This document shows, in pieces, positions 35,747 to 36,928 of a stretch of DNA of 36,928 nt. Numbering within the stretch: position 1 is the stretch's first letter; each line of letters begins with the position of its first letter. The stretch covers positions 55,861,587 through 55,898,514 of the forward strand of contig NC_068987.1 in assembly GCF_001194135.2 (NCBI RefSeq), given 5' to 3'. The position numbers were made by a program, and so were the translations under genes. The notes beneath the pieces are model-generated. The model was not told where the DNA came from and made no database searches. It saw nothing but the letters and a program-made list of their open reading frames with translations. The stretch is from Octopus bimaculoides. Its lineage: Eukaryota.

Positions 35747-36372
35747 CGCGTGTGCATATATGTACATACATACATACATGCATGCATGCATAGAAAGATA
35801 GTAAGGAGGAAAGAGTCTGAGAAACGATCCTATCAGGAATACCCATTTTCTTTCGAGCTTTACTCATCAAAATATCAGTCTTCTATAAACACCGACATTC
35901 TCTGATATCCCAGGAAATTCCTTGACCCGGTCTGCTATGTACCTTCTCATACATTCCATTTTCCATACATCCTATTTCGAACCACATTATCCAAAATGAC
36001 GTCCTCTTTCTGATAGGCAACCGTTGTTAACTTGAGGAAAATTTAGCTGCTGTTTCTTTAAATAACACAAGCAATCACCTAGAAATTACACTCGATTATT
36101 CTTCGTTTGTTTGCCTTTGTTACTGCTGCTTCTGCCTTTGCTGCTGTTGCCGCTACAACTGCTGCTGCTGCTACCGATGTAGCCGTTGTTTTGTCTTGTT
36201 GCTATTGCTGTTCGGAGTACATGTGTTATAGAGTTACTTTCGGTAAGTCTCACATATAAATAAGATGTATTTTGCAATGTTCTTTATATCTTAATAGTTC
36301 TTTGCAGTTTTATAGCGGGGGTGGCTGTTGAAGCGGGTGGGAGGGGCTCATATTTAACTATTTGTAGAATGT

Positions 36373-36499
36373 GTGCCTATATATATATATATGTATGTGT
36401 GTGTGTTTGTGTGTGTGTGTAAGTATGTATTTTTCATATATGTAGGTACACATGCATGCATTGTAGCCTTGTATCTATGTATGTATCTATCTGCCTACC

Positions 36500-36558
<59 letters not shown>

Positions 36559-36877
36559 GTATATACACACGCACACACACACACACACAGACACACATAT
36601 ATACATACATGTACATGTATGTACACGCGTAGGTATATATGTACACACACACACATACACAGAGACACACACAGATATAAACATATATATATATATATAT
36701 ATATTTATATGCGCGCGCGTGTGTGTGTATGTCTGTCCCTGTGTGTAAATATACGCATATATCTATTGGTATACATGTGTATATGTATTTGTGTAGAAAG
36801 TATTGGCGAATGCATCTATGTAAGCATGTATATATGTAAATACATACATAAATAGATTGCAACAAATACAGATGCTG

Positions 36878-36928
<51 letters not shown>
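36373..36928. repeat. Compound (TA)/(TG)/(CA) low-complexity region ending in (ATCT)n
   Basis: Direct reading; (ATCT)n from about 36879 to the window end. Confidence 0.9.

Noticed and set aside
30719-35870. Long ORFs of 250-390 aa in the track
   Set aside because: They consist almost entirely of X from assembly gaps.

Overview
Eukaryotic, AT-rich, repeat-dominated DNA from a gapped assembly (12 N-runs, about 4.2 kb, mostly bordered by microsatellites). The SINE and microsatellite make-up looks like an octopus/coleoid genome (inference, not verified). No host gene can be called with confidence. Long ORFs in the track are microsatellite or N-gap artefacts or decayed transposon frames. The recognisable content is a transposable-element graveyard: the 3' end of an R4/Dong-type retrotransposon and other (TAA)n-bounded inserts (2.8-7.0 kb), a Chapaev3-like transposase remnant, two head-to-tail Tx1/L1-type LINE remnants (7.1-11.1 kb), a Ty3/Gypsy pol remnant (11.2-13.1 kb), an internally deleted mariner with near-perfect TIRs, a near full-length decayed Tc1/mariner element, a CR1/L2-group LINE 3' end, a probable hAT MITE with a nested SINE, and many tRNA-derived SINEs of at least three families. 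The most notable unexplained structures are a 322-bp foldback (151-bp arms, 12 mismatches, no gaps), a split and partly inverted (TAA)n-associated repeat, a dispersed repeat carrying hammerhead-like core words in permuted order, and one or two candidate exons. I found no well-supported novel biological system. All family assignments come from motif recognition by eye, not database searches.
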